Notes under the pieces: model-generated
What the model saw: only the letters and a program-made list of their open reading frames with translations
Told to the model about the DNA's origin: nothing
Database searches by the model: none
In this document: positions 30,022 to 42,659 of the stretch, in pieces
Numbering within the stretch: the first letter of the stretch is position 1
Layout: each line of letters opens with the position of its first letter
Translations under genes and position numbers: made by a program
DNA from: an uncultured Gammaproteobacteria bacterium
GTDB lineage: Bacteria > Patescibacteriota > Patescibacteriia > Magasanikbacterales > UBA922
Assembly: GCA_964566225.1 (NCBI GenBank)
Contig: CAZMHV010000004.1
Location: forward strand, 248 to 64,247
DNA length: 64,000 bases
Direction: 5' to 3'

Positions 30022-30708
30022 TCAAGAAGTTCTGTCTAAGTAAGGAGTGATGGTTGACCAAATTTTTTCGTGGATAATTTCTTTGTCCAAGATGGAATCT
30101 TGTTCTACACATTCTATAAGTTCAAACTCGCTATACATGGAGGCCATTTGAAGGTATGCAGATTCGGCATTTTTGAGGTGATCCAAATCGTCTTCGTGGA
30201 TATCTCTTTTTTTGCCATGCAAGTATTGACGGGCTTCTTTTTGATCTACTAATTTTTGTGAAATTTCAGGTCTAACGTGTAAGATAATATTGACATCAGG
30301 TTTGGGGATCTGAAAAATAGTGTATTCCAAGTTGTAGTTCCAGTCAAAATATTTTTTGCGTTCTTCAACATCGGCGATTTTTCCACCCTGGTGTCCCATA
30401 TTTGATCCTACATACCTATTGGCAATAACAATTTTTCCTGCGTCGAGCCACGTTTGAATTTGAGTTTTTGCCGAATATCGGTCAACCGCATACAAAATCG
30501 AAGCTCGATAGGGTCCAACTTCATTGGCTGTACCAAATTTTCCATTCAGATAGTCTTCTACCATGGCAGCACTTGGATTTCCGTATTGTGGAAAATGAAT
30601 TTGTTCTACATCAAAATTTTCTTTTTGAAATCGTTTGACCAAAAGTTCTGTCTGTGTTCCTTTGCCAGAACCATCAGTGCCTTCTATCATGATAAAGAGT
30701 CCTTTCAT
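30022..30708 (-). CDS. tmk: thymidylate kinase
   Basis: GLFIMIEGTDGSGKGTQ P-loop and DRY-like region YAVDRY. 228 aa. Confidence 0.85.
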   Translation of the reverse strand: MKGLFIMIEGTDGSGKGTQTELLVKRFQKENFDVEQIHFPQYGNPSAAMVEDYLNGKFGTANEVGPYRASILYAVDRYSAKTQIQTWLDAGKIVIANRYVGSNMGHQGGKIADVEERKKYFDWNYNLEYTIFQIPKPDVNIILHVRPEISQKLVDQKEARQYLHGKKRDIHEDDLDHLKNAESAYLQMASMYSEFELIECVEQDSILDKEIIHEKIWSTITPYLDRTS

Positions 30709-30711
30709 ATT

Positions 30712-31188
30712 TTACTTTCGTTTATATGTGACAAAGTCAAATCCTTCGTGTGTTTCTCGTTTGACTTCTTGCCATTGGTCTAAGTTAATTTCTGGAAAAA
30801 AGGTATCTCCGTCAACCACTTGTTTTACCTCTGTAATATACAGTGTATCTGCGAGGTCAATGGTTTGTTTGTAAATACTCGCACCACCTCCAAAAAAAAT
30901 TTCTTGTCCTTCAAATGCTGCGACTGCTTCGGGAATACTACGAAACACAAACACACCTTCGGGTGGCATCCAACTCTCGTCCAACGTCAATACAACATTC
31001 GTTCTGCCTGGAAGTGGTTTTTTAATATAACTTAAGATTGATTCAAATGTTCGTTGACCCATGATGACCACTTTTCCTTTTGTCATCTCTTTGAAGTGTG
31101 CGAGGTCTTCTGGAATATTCCAAGGAAGTTTATTGTCTTTGCCAATGCATAGGTTTTGAGCAACCGCGGCTATAATGGAGAGGGACAT
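30712..31188 (-). CDS. folA: dihydrofolate reductase
   Basis: IGKDNKLPWNIPEDLAHFKEMTKGKVVIMGQRTFESI and GGGASIYKQ motifs. 158 aa. Confidence 0.85.
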   Translation of the reverse strand: MSLSIIAAVAQNLCIGKDNKLPWNIPEDLAHFKEMTKGKVVIMGQRTFESILSYIKKPLPGRTNVVLTLDESWMPPEGVFVFRSIPEAVAAFEGQEIFFGGGASIYKQTIDLADTLYITEVKQVVDGDTFFPEINLDQWQEVKRETHEGFDFVTYKRK

Positions 31189-31263
31189 GGAATGAAAGTT
31201 AAAAATCTAATCCTAAAAGTTGTGTTGGAATTTTTTTTGTTAATTGTGATAACAGTGCTTATT

Positions 31264-32136
31264 TTAAACGGCAATGTCAAATTTAATGCCTGGATGACTT
31301 TGATACCCCACTACTTTGGTATCTTCATACTTCCATTCAAAAAGAGATGTAAAATTTTGTGTTTCAATCTGGCAGAGGGGATAGAGGTTTGGGTCACGAG
31401 TGATTTGTTCTTTGGCGCCTTCGATGTGATTGGAGTAAATATGTACATCTGCCAAAAAGCCCACCAACTTTCCTTCTTTGTATCCTGTTTCCTTGGCAAG
31501 CAAGTGCAAAAGAAGTGCATAGCTGGCAATGTTGAAGGGGAGTCCAAGCATGGTATCGACAGAACGTTGATTCCACAGCAAGTTCAGTCGTCCATTGATT
31601 ACCGTCACTTGATAGGAATAGTGGCATGGGGGCAGTGCCATTTCACTGAGCTTGGCTGCATTCCAAGCATTTACAATCATGCGTCGGTCAGAGGGATTTT
31701 TTTTCAGTGTGTCTACTAATTTTTGGAGTTGGTCAACACCTTGCCCCGAGTAATCACTGTCAAAATTTTGGTAGTCAGCACCAAAGTGTCTCCACTGAAA
31801 ACCATACACGGGACCGAGGTCACGCTCTTCCATCATTTTGCGTTTGGTTTCTTCGTCGTGTGCATAGGGAACCTTGCGTGGACTGCACCATTCGTCCCAA
31901 ATATGATTGTTGCGTTCTTGGAGCCAGTGTTTATCTGTGATGCCTTTGATAAAAAATTCGAGTTCACTCGCAATGACTTTGAATGGCATTTTTTTGGTGG
32001 TGAGCAAAGGAAATCCTGTGCTCATGTCGTGCTCAAATATAGCTCCAGCAATCGCAATGGTACCAGTGCCAGTGCGGTCGTCTTTTTGTTCTCCTGTTTC
32101 CAAAATTTTGCGAACAATATCAAGGTAGGCTTTCAT
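31264..32136 (-). CDS. thyA: thymidylate synthase (ThyA type)
   Basis: Active-site region LPPCHYSYQ and RLNLLWNQRSVDTMLGLPFNIASYALL. 290 aa. Confidence 0.9.
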   Translation of the reverse strand: MKAYLDIVRKILETGEQKDDRTGTGTIAIAGAIFEHDMSTGFPLLTTKKMPFKVIASELEFFIKGITDKHWLQERNNHIWDEWCSPRKVPYAHDEETKRKMMEERDLGPVYGFQWRHFGADYQNFDSDYSGQGVDQLQKLVDTLKKNPSDRRMIVNAWNAAKLSEMALPPCHYSYQVTVINGRLNLLWNQRSVDTMLGLPFNIASYALLLHLLAKETGYKEGKLVGFLADVHIYSNHIEGAKEQITRDPNLYPLCQIETQNFTSLFEWKYEDTKVVGYQSHPGIKFDIAV

Positions 32137-33416
32137 AGGTGTAAATCACGTAATGTATAAGAATTGGTACGGTGATAAAATTCAATCGATGCATCGGTTT
32201 TAATCTTTCCTGATCCATAGTTATCATTGGGACCATTTTTATCTGACATTCCGTCGGCTGGAACAATGGTTATTTCCATTCCATGAGAATCTGGCTTTGG
32301 GGTATAACTATGTCCTATTACCAAAGCATTTATTCCTCGGGTTTTCAGAAAATGTTCGAATTTTTTTGAGTACTTGCCGGTCGGAGAAGAAAGTTGTCTT
32401 GGTGTGTATGTACCTGTGAGTACTTTCCCTGGTTGATTTTTGTCGCCAAAGAATGTTTTAAAAAGGGTAGGGTCCATGGCATCCACATCGAGTTTTCCTT
32501 CTTTCATTGGGAAACTTTTTTCCAGCGTTGTCTTGTAGCTATTATTCCAAATTTCTACCAATTTTACAAAGGTCGGATATTCTCCGGTTTTATGAGAGTG
32601 AACTCTTTCATTTGTCAGAACCATAACCATGAATTCGTGTTCGTCTACGTCAGCATGAATAAAGAGAGTGTCATCTTCAATGTGGGCGATGCGTGACATT
32701 TTTTTTAAAAATTCAATGTGTTTGAGGACTGCTTGCGAATTGAAAATTTTTTCACGGTCAAAGTTTTTGAATTCAAATTCTTTTACTTCCACGACTCCTT
32801 GTGCATTATATTGTGGGATACGTTTTTTAAAACGTTCGGTGACAAACGGTTCAAGTTCTTGAAAGGTAGCATGAGCCGGATCAATTCGAAAACCATTATC
32901 ATTGGTGAGTTCTTGCAAAGTCGCAAGCCAGTATACATCATGATTCCCAATGTCCATGATAATGTCTCCTCCAGATTCCAGGGCTTGTCCCTTGAGTAAG
33001 GCCAAAGCTTCTATCACCAGGTCTCCCTGACCACTTCTATCTGCAAGAATATCTCCAAGACAAACCAACTTTTTATTTTCACCAGTCCAAGAAATTCGAA
33101 TCGATCGAAAAAATCGGAGCGCTTCTTCTCTGGAGTCGAGGTCATATTCTTCTATATTTTCAATCACTCGTTCAAATTTGTGGGGAGGTACACTTGGGTC
33201 TAATGTTTCTGTACTGTTTCCCACAAAAGTAATTTCAATACATTCAAGGCGGCTCAAATTTTTCAACAACCCTCGAAAGCTTCCATGATTATCACCCACA
33301 AACAAAATCTCATGTTTTCTTTCAACACGTTCAAAATCGATTGATTGGTCTGGTACTCTCAGAATTTCTTTTGGTTTTTCAAACCACGAAATTTCTCTCT
33401 CCGAAAAATCACTCAT
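32133..33416 (-). CDS. calcineurin-like metallophosphoesterase, substrate unknown
   Basis: GDNHG and GNHD motifs with surrounding His/Asp ligands. 4-nt overlap with thyA, implying co-translation within the thymidylate cluster. Confidence 0.6.
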   Translation of the reverse strand: MSDFSEREISWFEKPKEILRVPDQSIDFERVERKHEILFVGDNHGSFRGLLKNLSRLECIEITFVGNSTETLDPSVPPHKFERVIENIEEYDLDSREEALRFFRSIRISWTGENKKLVCLGDILADRSGQGDLVIEALALLKGQALESGGDIIMDIGNHDVYWLATLQELTNDNGFRIDPAHATFQELEPFVTERFKKRIPQYNAQGVVEVKEFEFKNFDREKIFNSQAVLKHIEFLKKMSRIAHIEDDTLFIHADVDEHEFMVMVLTNERVHSHKTGEYPTFVKLVEIWNNSYKTTLEKSFPMKEGKLDVDAMDPTLFKTFFGDKNQPGKVLTGTYTPRQLSSPTGKYSKKFEHFLKTRGINALVIGHSYTPKPDSHGMEITIVPADGMSDKNGPNDNYGSGKIKTDASIEFYHRTNSYTLRDLHL

Positions 33417-33440
33417 AACCGTAAGGCTTACTCTGGTGTA

Positions 33441-33863
33441 TTAAAATTTTCCAGTACTCCCCATCTTCCCTTGACCACGGGAGGTATCGGATAAAGTGTC
33501 TGTTTCTGTAAGTTCTGCAATCACCACAGGAATAATGAGCAATTGTGCCACCTTTTGGCCTTTTTCAATGGTATAGGGTTCATTTCCAAGATGTACGAGT
33601 GCTATACTGTATTCACCACGATATCCGGCATCGTAGACTCCTCCAAGGACGTGTAATCCTGCCATAGCAAGGCTACTTTTATCTTTTACAATAGCACCAT
33701 ACCCTTCGGCAAATTCAAGTGCAAACCCAAAGTGAAAGAGGTGTCGTTCTCCAGGTTGAAGTGTATGCCCTTCAAGAGCATAGAGATCAAGTCCAATGTC
33801 ACCTGGGTGGGCATAACTTGGGAGTTTGGCATCGGGGTGAAGTCGTTTTACTTTGATTTGCAT
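33441..33863 (-). CDS. dut: dUTP diphosphatase
   Basis: Motifs AHPGDIGLDL, GxRSxxAxxG-like and GYRGE. 140 aa. Confidence 0.85.
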   Translation of the reverse strand: MQIKVKRLHPDAKLPSYAHPGDIGLDLYALEGHTLQPGERHLFHFGFALEFAEGYGAIVKDKSSLAMAGLHVLGGVYDAGYRGEYSIALVHLGNEPYTIEKGQKVAQLLIIPVVIAELTETDTLSDTSRGQGKMGSTGKF

Positions 33864-33866
33864 AGT

Positions 33867-34418
33867 TTAATTCTTTACTTGGTCAATTATTTTTTCAATT
33901 TGGGTAAACAGTTCCTCACGTGTTCCATTGTTTACAATGGTAAATTCAGCTTCTTTGCCAAGACTCACAATCAGCTGATCAGCTTCAGACTGTTCGTCTT
34001 TGCAAAATTCTTCGTAACTTTTATTTTCATCACCTGGATTTTCTTTGCGTGCTACCAAACGTTCGTATCTGAGTTTTGACTCAGCGGTAATGTAGACCAA
34101 ATGAAATTCTGGAAGTTGCTGCAAATAGGTGATATCAGTAGGTCTGCGAATGCCATCGACAATTACAATAGAGTGTTCATCACGTTCTACGTCTTTGGCA
34201 ATTACTTTACTCATCACGTCTTGTCCATACTGTGCACGTACAAAGGTAGAAATGTTTTGTAAATTTTCACGAGTTTTTTCTACATATATTCGGTCAAGCA
34301 TGTCACGGAGCATGGTAGAAAATTTATATGATGGAGCATTATATTTTTCGAGTAAGTAGTGTGCGAGTGTACCTTTGCCTGCTGCGAGGTCACCGACAAA
34401 TCCAAGGATAATTTTCAT
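33867..34418 (-). CDS. P-loop nucleoside/nucleotide-kinase-like protein (candidate dNMP kinase)
   Basis: GFVGDLAAGKGT P-loop at the N-terminus, VIVDGIRRP lid-like region. Lies between dut and dCMP deaminase. Confidence 0.45.
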   Translation of the reverse strand: MKIILGFVGDLAAGKGTLAHYLLEKYNAPSYKFSTMLRDMLDRIYVEKTRENLQNISTFVRAQYGQDVMSKVIAKDVERDEHSIVIVDGIRRPTDITYLQQLPEFHLVYITAESKLRYERLVARKENPGDENKSYEEFCKDEQSEADQLIVSLGKEAEFTIVNNGTREELFTQIEKIIDQVKN

Positions 34419-34497
34419 AACCGAGTGAGTGAAAAAAAATTGAGCTTGATCAAGTTTTTTTGAGCGAATGAAGGTTCTATTGACTACGAAGTAATCA

Positions 34498-34995
34498 CTA
34501 TAATGTGGAATTTTCAGGGAGTGTGTATTTGCGATAGGTTATTTTCGCCGCGTCGAGCATTCGGCGTGAAGCAATGTATTCAGGCAAGTCATGGTATTTG
34601 TCACTTTCGTAAATCACTTCTGCGATGCCGTTTTGAATCAACATTTTGGCACATTCATTGCAGGGGAAGAGTGTTCCATAAATTTTGCATCCTTTTGTTG
34701 AGGTGTTTGCATTGTACACAGCATTTTCTTCTGCATGGCAAATATAAGCATACTTGGTATTTTCGTAACTTCCTTCGCGGTCCCAAGGAAAAGCATCGCT
34801 CTCAATACCTCGTGGAAATCCATTGTATCCAAGGCCAACCACTACATGATGTGTATCAACAATAACTGCTCCCACCTGAGTAGATGGGTCTTTTGACCTT
34901 TGTGCAATAAGGTGGGCCATGCGCAAAAAACATTCGTCCCAAGATATTGCTTCACGTGGTTGGGTGAGCATAAAAAGTAAAATTATATCTCTCAA
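34498..34995 (-). CDS. dCMP deaminase (zinc-dependent CDA fold)
   Basis: Zinc ligand motifs CHAEENA and PCNECAK. 165 aa. Confidence 0.8.
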   Translation of the reverse strand: MRDIILLFMLTQPREAISWDECFLRMAHLIAQRSKDPSTQVGAVIVDTHHVVVGLGYNGFPRGIESDAFPWDREGSYENTKYAYICHAEENAVYNANTSTKGCKIYGTLFPCNECAKMLIQNGIAEVIYESDKYHDLPEYIASRRMLDAAKITYRKYTLPENSTL

Positions 34996-35052
34996 AGTGT
35001 ATCAAAATCATATTGTATGGTCAATGTATTCACACTATTTCTCTCTGTTTTG

Positions 35053-35086
35053 CAAAAAATAAAACCCGGTAGAGTTACCGGGTTTA
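35053..35086 (-). terminator. intrinsic terminator after rplA (minus strand)
   Basis: AAACCCGGTA-GAGT-TACCGGGTTT followed by a T-run on the minus strand. Confidence 0.55.
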
Positions 35087-35107
35087 TGTTTCGTAGGTGT
35101 ATTTATT

Positions 35108-35833
35108 TTATTCAACACTAATTTTCACACTTGGTCCCATAGAACTGGTGAGGTATATTGCTTTCATGTAAGTACCTTTGGCAGAACTTGGTTTCATTTT
35201 TTTGAGTACATCGATGAAGGCAACGATGTTTTCTTTAATTTGATCAGCAGTAAACGATATTTTTCCAACGCCAAGGTGGATGTTGGCGCCGTCATCGTTT
35301 TTGAAAGCAGCCTTTCCTTTTTTGAGATCATTGATCATTTTTTTCACATCAGTTCCAACCGTATCTGTCTTTGGGTTCGGCATGAGACCTTTTGGACCAA
35401 GAACTTTGGCAACAGCTGCCATTTTAGGCATCATTTCAGGGGTGGCAATAGCAATTTCAAAATCGATTTTACCTGTATCTTTCAGACGTTTAATTTCTTC
35501 TTCAGTGTAGATCACATCAGCTCCAGCTTCTTTGGCAGCTTTTTCATCATTTGGTCCTACAAACGCAGCAACTTTTTTGGTTTTTCCCGTTCCATGAGGA
35601 AGAGAAACGGTTGAGCGGATTTGTTGGTCACTCTTTTTTGGATCAATTCCAAGGCGTACATGCACTTCTACGGTAGCGTCAAACTTGGTGTTGGCTGTTT
35701 CTTTGACCAGGTTTACACCTTCAGTCAAGGAATATGTTTTTGTTTTGTCGATCTTTTTCAAAAGATCTGTCATTCTTTTTCCCATATAGGTAATGGTTAG
35801 TGGTGATAGCCCAAAGGATTGCTTTGGTCCCAC
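35108..35833 (-). CDS. rplA: 50S ribosomal protein L1
   Basis: L1 family sequence. The true start is probably an internal Met (MGKRMTDLL...), giving the usual ~225 aa. Confidence 0.85.
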   Translation of the reverse strand: MGPKQSFGLSPLTITYMGKRMTDLLKKIDKTKTYSLTEGVNLVKETANTKFDATVEVHVRLGIDPKKSDQQIRSTVSLPHGTGKTKKVAAFVGPNDEKAAKEAGADVIYTEEEIKRLKDTGKIDFEIAIATPEMMPKMAAVAKVLGPKGLMPNPKTDTVGTDVKKMINDLKKGKAAFKNDDGANIHLGVGKISFTADQIKENIVAFIDVLKKMKPSSAKGTYMKAIYLTSSMGPSVKISVE

Positions 35834-35937
35834 GGTTAATAAAGTAAGATGAGTATAATGGAAAACAGTGGTTTTGTCAAGAGGGGATTAAGTACCAAAA
35901 AACCGCTTGTTTAGCGGTTTTTTGAATTTTTTGAAGA

Positions 35938-36828
35938 TTATTTGGTCCAAATCACCTTGCAGTTTGATTCTTTCCAGTTTGGACAGGCACTGTCGTTCAT
36001 GCCTGGGTAGCAAGCCACTTCACCATTTGAGGTATACAGCACTTTGAAACAGTTAGAACAGTCTTCTTTTTGGTAGTAGTAGGTATCTGCTCCGAGAGGA
36101 CACTCAGCAACGGTAATAGGGGATTCCGAGGAGCTATTTTCTAACAGAGCGGTGAGATTTTGAATCCATTCGTCTGAGCTGGCGTTTTTGGATGTTTTGG
36201 TATGTTCAGGTTCAGATTTTGCGGCTGTATTGCCAGTATTTACACTGGTTCCTCTCCCTCCACCAATATAGTCGTGTGAAGCCGGCCAAGAAGCATCTCG
36301 TACTTCATAGGTTCCACTCTCAGCGGTATCACTCGGGAGTTTTTTTATGGGATTTTGTTTTGATGGAGCTTGTAAGTCAAAAGGTTCTTCATTTTCACTA
36401 CAGACCCCTTCATGTTTTACTTTTTTACCTTGAGTTTCGGCAATACAGCGGTTGGTATAGGTTTTGTTTTCTGTGGTACACACTGGATTTGCTACGGGTG
36501 CACAGTTAAATCGGTCTCCTGGTGGCGTGAGACTCGCATTGATATCACTTTGTCCTTCGGCTGTTTTGTGACTACACTTTCCGTCCATGAAGTTCAGGGC
36601 ATCGCATTCTTTGCCTGTGTCAAATGTACAGTAGAGGCGATTTCGGTTTACTTCACTGTCGAAACGGATTTGTGCTTTGTATCCTTTGTTGGTACAAAAA
36701 ACATAGGCTTGTTGTTCACGAGTCGCTGCGCTTGTGGCGGCTATTTTGGGGTCAACAGTATTTTTTTGACATCCTGCGCCGATAAGCACAAGAAGAGCGG
36801 CTCCAAACATTGGAAGAAATTTTTTCAT
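35938..36828 (-). CDS. secreted Cys-rich lipoprotein, function unknown
   Basis: Signal peptide with lipobox LIGAGC, about 20 Cys residues, inserted between rplK and rplA. Confidence 0.5.
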   Translation of the reverse strand: MKKFLPMFGAALLVLIGAGCQKNTVDPKIAATSAATREQQAYVFCTNKGYKAQIRFDSEVNRNRLYCTFDTGKECDALNFMDGKCSHKTAEGQSDINASLTPPGDRFNCAPVANPVCTTENKTYTNRCIAETQGKKVKHEGVCSENEEPFDLQAPSKQNPIKKLPSDTAESGTYEVRDASWPASHDYIGGGRGTSVNTGNTAAKSEPEHTKTSKNASSDEWIQNLTALLENSSSESPITVAECPLGADTYYYQKEDCSNCFKVLYTSNGEVACYPGMNDSACPNWKESNCKVIWTK

Positions 36829-36859
36829 ACAAAGTGATATAGAGAATATCTATAGTATA

Positions 36860-36886
36860 ACAAAACTCGCCTAAAAAAGCGAGTTC
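36860..36886 (-). terminator. intrinsic terminator after rplK (minus strand)
   Basis: AACTCGC-CTAAAAAA-GCGAGTT with a T-run on the minus strand. Confidence 0.5.
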
Positions 36887-36912
36887 TGTAATATTTATAT
36901 TTTGTATGACTC

Positions 36913-37338
36913 TTAGTCAACAATGGTAACACCCATTTGACGAGCCGTTCCTGCCATAGTGCGCATTGCTGCTTCTACATCAGTAGTGTTGAGGTCTGGC
37001 ATTTTGGCAATAGCTACTTCACGAAGTTGTGCTTTGGTAATTTTGCCAACTTTGTCTTTGAGTGGGTTGCCTGCGCCTTTTTTGGCTCCAGCTGCTTTGG
37101 CAATGAGAGCACTTGCAGGAGCTACTTTGAGGATGAAGTCAAATGAACGATCTTCATACACATTGATGATCACCGGAACGGTTTCACCTTTGCGATCTTG
37201 TGTTTTGTCATTGAATTCTTTACAGAATCCTTGAATGTTCACACCGTGCTGACCAAGCGCCGGTCCGACTGGTGGCGCTGGATTAGCAGCTCCGCCAGTA
37301 ATTTGTAATTTGATTTGGGTCATGAGTTTTTTTGCCAT
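36913..37338 (-). CDS. rplK: 50S ribosomal protein L11
   Basis: [36 protein letters not shown] is diagnostic of L11. Confidence 0.9.
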   Translation of the reverse strand: MAKKLMTQIKLQITGGAANPAPPVGPALGQHGVNIQGFCKEFNDKTQDRKGETVPVIINVYEDRSFDFILKVAPASALIAKAAGAKKGAGNPLKDKVGKITKAQLREVAIAKMPDLNTTDVEAAMRTMAGTARQMGVTIVD

Positions 37339-37417
37339 AGTTCAATCAGTTTAGTTGAAATTTTTGATCTCCCGGTAAGAAGCTTGGGGAGTTCTCAGAT
37401 TTCATGAATTTTGCTCT

Positions 37418-37446
37418 ATACTAGCCTAAATTTGTTTTTTTGTCAA
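37418..37446 (-). promoter_or_regulatory. sigma-70-type promoter for rplK (minus strand): TTGACA-N17-TAGTAT
   Basis: Reverse complement reads TTGACAAAAAAACAAATTTAGGCTAGTAT, about 75 nt upstream of the rplK start. The leader contains CCGGGAGA, a possible L1-binding site. Confidence 0.4.
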
Positions 37447-37460
37447 TGGGTTTGTGGTCT

Positions 37461-38006
37461 TTACATCTTTTTTACTTGGAGAGCATCGAGTTCAACCGGA
37501 GTTTCACGTCCAAACATATTTACGAGTACTTTCACTTTTCCACGAGTTTCATCAACACTTGCTACTTTTCCTTCAAAGGCTTTAAATGGTCCGTCCACAA
37601 TTTGTACCGCATCATCAGTATGCAAATCAATTTTGTGTGAAGGTTCATTGACTCCCATTCTCTTTTGGAGTGAGTCCATTTCTTTGGCATCAATTGGGGT
37701 TGGAGTGGTTCCTGAACCCACAAAACCAGTGACATTTGGAGTATTGCGTACCACGTACCAAGAGTCATCGGTTACAAACATTTCAACGAGAACATATCCT
37801 GGAAAAATTTTTTCTTCTACCGTAGTACGTTTTCCATTTTTGATTTTAATTTTCTTTTCTTTGGGAACCAAAACCTGGAAGATTTTGTCACCCATATCAA
37901 AAGATTCGATACGTTGTTCAAGGTTGCGTTTTACATTGTCTTCGTACCCACTATACGTGTGAAGTACATACCAGCGGCGTCCTACGTTGACGTTTTGTTT
38001 TGACAT
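37461..38006 (-). CDS. nusG: transcription termination/antitermination factor NusG
   Basis: N-terminal KWYVLHTYSGYE NGN domain and C-terminal KOW (DAVQIVDGPFKAFEGKV). Confidence 0.9.
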   Translation of the reverse strand: MSKQNVNVGRRWYVLHTYSGYEDNVKRNLEQRIESFDMGDKIFQVLVPKEKKIKIKNGKRTTVEEKIFPGYVLVEMFVTDDSWYVVRNTPNVTGFVGSGTTPTPIDAKEMDSLQKRMGVNEPSHKIDLHTDDAVQIVDGPFKAFEGKVASVDETRGKVKVLVNMFGRETPVELDALQVKKM

Positions 38007-38039
38007 AAACTTTGGTGTAAAAAACGAAAAAGATCAAAA

Positions 38040-38234
38040 TTATTTTAAAAGTTGTGACAGTCCAAGGTTCAAAACACGGTCAACTACTGCAAAAAAGATG
38101 GCCAGTCCAAAGGTAAGTACGACTACGACAATACTATAGTTGATGGTTTGTTTTCGTGTTGGCCAGGTCACCTTGCGAGCTTCATGGTATGCGCCGTAGA
38201 AGTAATCTTTCATTTTCGTGAGGAGGTTCGTCAT
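38040..38234 (-). CDS. secE: preprotein translocase subunit SecE
   Basis: 64 aa with a single C-terminal TM and conserved synteny secE-nusG-rplK. Confidence 0.7.
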   Translation of the reverse strand: MTNLLTKMKDYFYGAYHEARKVTWPTRKQTINYSIVVVVLTFGLAIFFAVVDRVLNLGLSQLLK

Positions 38235-38345
38235 ATATTTTTTAAGTATTTAAAAAAGGCCTTTGGCCTGTTTCTAAGATGTAGTATAGGACAAAAGGGG
38301 GGATTTGTCAAGGTGAGTGGTATTGGTTATCCACACAAAAATAAA

Positions 38346-38374
38346 AAAAATGCTCATTTTCAGAGCATTTTTTG
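38346..38374. terminator. intrinsic terminator after gyrB; a second hairpin lies at 38258-38270
   Basis: ATGCTC-ATTTTCA-GAGCAT flanked by A8 and T6. Second hairpin AGGCC-TTT-GGCCT with a T-run on the minus strand. Confidence 0.55.
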
Positions 38375-38383
38375 ATGATTTTT

Positions 38384-41468
<3,085 letters not shown>

Positions 41469-41480
41469 GAGGGGGCTGTA

Positions 41481-42608
41481 TTGCTTATGAGTTTGCTTGA
41501 CCGAATTTCTCTTCAGGTACGGTATATTGATTTTCTTCTTCCGTTATCGGTTTTTATTTTGGTTACGGTTGGTTTGGTTTCACTTTATAGTATTGATTTA
41601 TCAAGAGGAACCGAGCTTCGATTTTTTACTACACAATTTGTTTCTTTTTGTCTTGGTATTGGTGTTGCTTCGCTTGCAGCGAGTTTGCATGCGACTCGGT
41701 ATCAGACCTTGTCGAGAGTTGTTTACTTGGTAGCTCTGCTGTTACTTGCAGGAGTGCTGCTTTTTGGTGAAACCATACGTGGAACGACTGGGTGGTTTCG
41801 TTTTTTTGGTTTTTCTTTTCAACCTGCGGAGTTTGCCAAAGTGGCACTCATACTCATGCTGGGAAGACTTGTTTATAAAAATGGGCGTCAATTTAATAGT
41901 CTTAAGTTTTTAGTCTCGAGTGCTGTTATTACAGGGAGTCTTGCCGGTCTTATTATGTTGCAGCCAGACTTAGGTTCAAGTCTCGTACTTTTTGGTATTT
42001 GGGGTGGGATTCTTTTTTTGAGTGGGCTCAAAAAAAGGTATATTTTTGGACTTTTGGGGTTGGTAGTTTTGGTAGCTGTATTGGGGTGGTTTTTTTTCTT
42101 AAAAGACTATCAAAAAGAACGTATTTTGACTTTTACCAATCCAGAGCGTGACCCCCTGGGGACTGGATATAATGTGACCCAGTCGATTATTGCCGTAGGA
42201 GCTGGGCAATTTTTTGGCCGGGGTCTCGGAAGAGGGTCTCAGAGCCAGCTTCATTTTATTCCAGAAGCACAAACTGACTTTATTGTTTCTGTGATTGGTG
42301 AAGAGCTGGGATTTTTTGGAATGCTGCTTATTTTATCGCTCTATGGACTGATTATTTACCGGCTTACCCGTATTGCCTCGCGGTCGAGAGATGATTTTTC
42401 AAGTTTTACGGTGATGGGCATAGCCTGTTTGTTTTTTCTCCAACTTATCATTAATCTTGGTGGGGCTATTGGTTTATTACCTGTGACTGGGGTGACCCTG
42501 CCATTTTTGAGCTATGGAGGATCTTCGCTTATTATCAATATGCTCCTTATTGGGATTGCAGAGAGTATTTCTCGCTCTACTGAGATGTCTCTGCGGCGGG
42601 CAGGGTAG
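41481..42608 (+). CDS. SEDS-family peptidoglycan glycosyltransferase (FtsW/RodA)
   Basis: About 10 TM helices and conserved C-terminal GGSSLIINMLLIG and VTGVTLPFLSYGGSS motifs. Confidence 0.8.
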   Translation: MLMSLLDRISLQVRYIDFLLPLSVFILVTVGLVSLYSIDLSRGTELRFFTTQFVSFCLGIGVASLAASLHATRYQTLSRVVYLVALLLLAGVLLFGETIRGTTGWFRFFGFSFQPAEFAKVALILMLGRLVYKNGRQFNSLKFLVSSAVITGSLAGLIMLQPDLGSSLVLFGIWGGILFLSGLKKRYIFGLLGLVVLVAVLGWFFFLKDYQKERILTFTNPERDPLGTGYNVTQSIIAVGAGQFFGRGLGRGSQSQLHFIPEAQTDFIVSVIGEELGFFGMLLILSLYGLIIYRLTRIASRSRDDFSSFTVMGIACLFFLQLIINLGGAIGLLPVTGVTLPFLSYGGSSLIINMLLIGIAESISRSTEMSLRRAG

Positions 42609-42621
42609 GTATCTCCGGCAC

Positions 42622-42650
42622 TTGACTTTTTTCTCTTCATCTGGTATATT
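42622..42650 (+). promoter_or_regulatory. promoter TTGACT-N17-TGGTATATT giving a near-leaderless mRNA for the 42660 gene
   Basis: The -10 ends 9 nt before the ATG at 42660, with no SD sequence. Confidence 0.4.
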
Positions 42651-42659
42651 TTCCCCACT

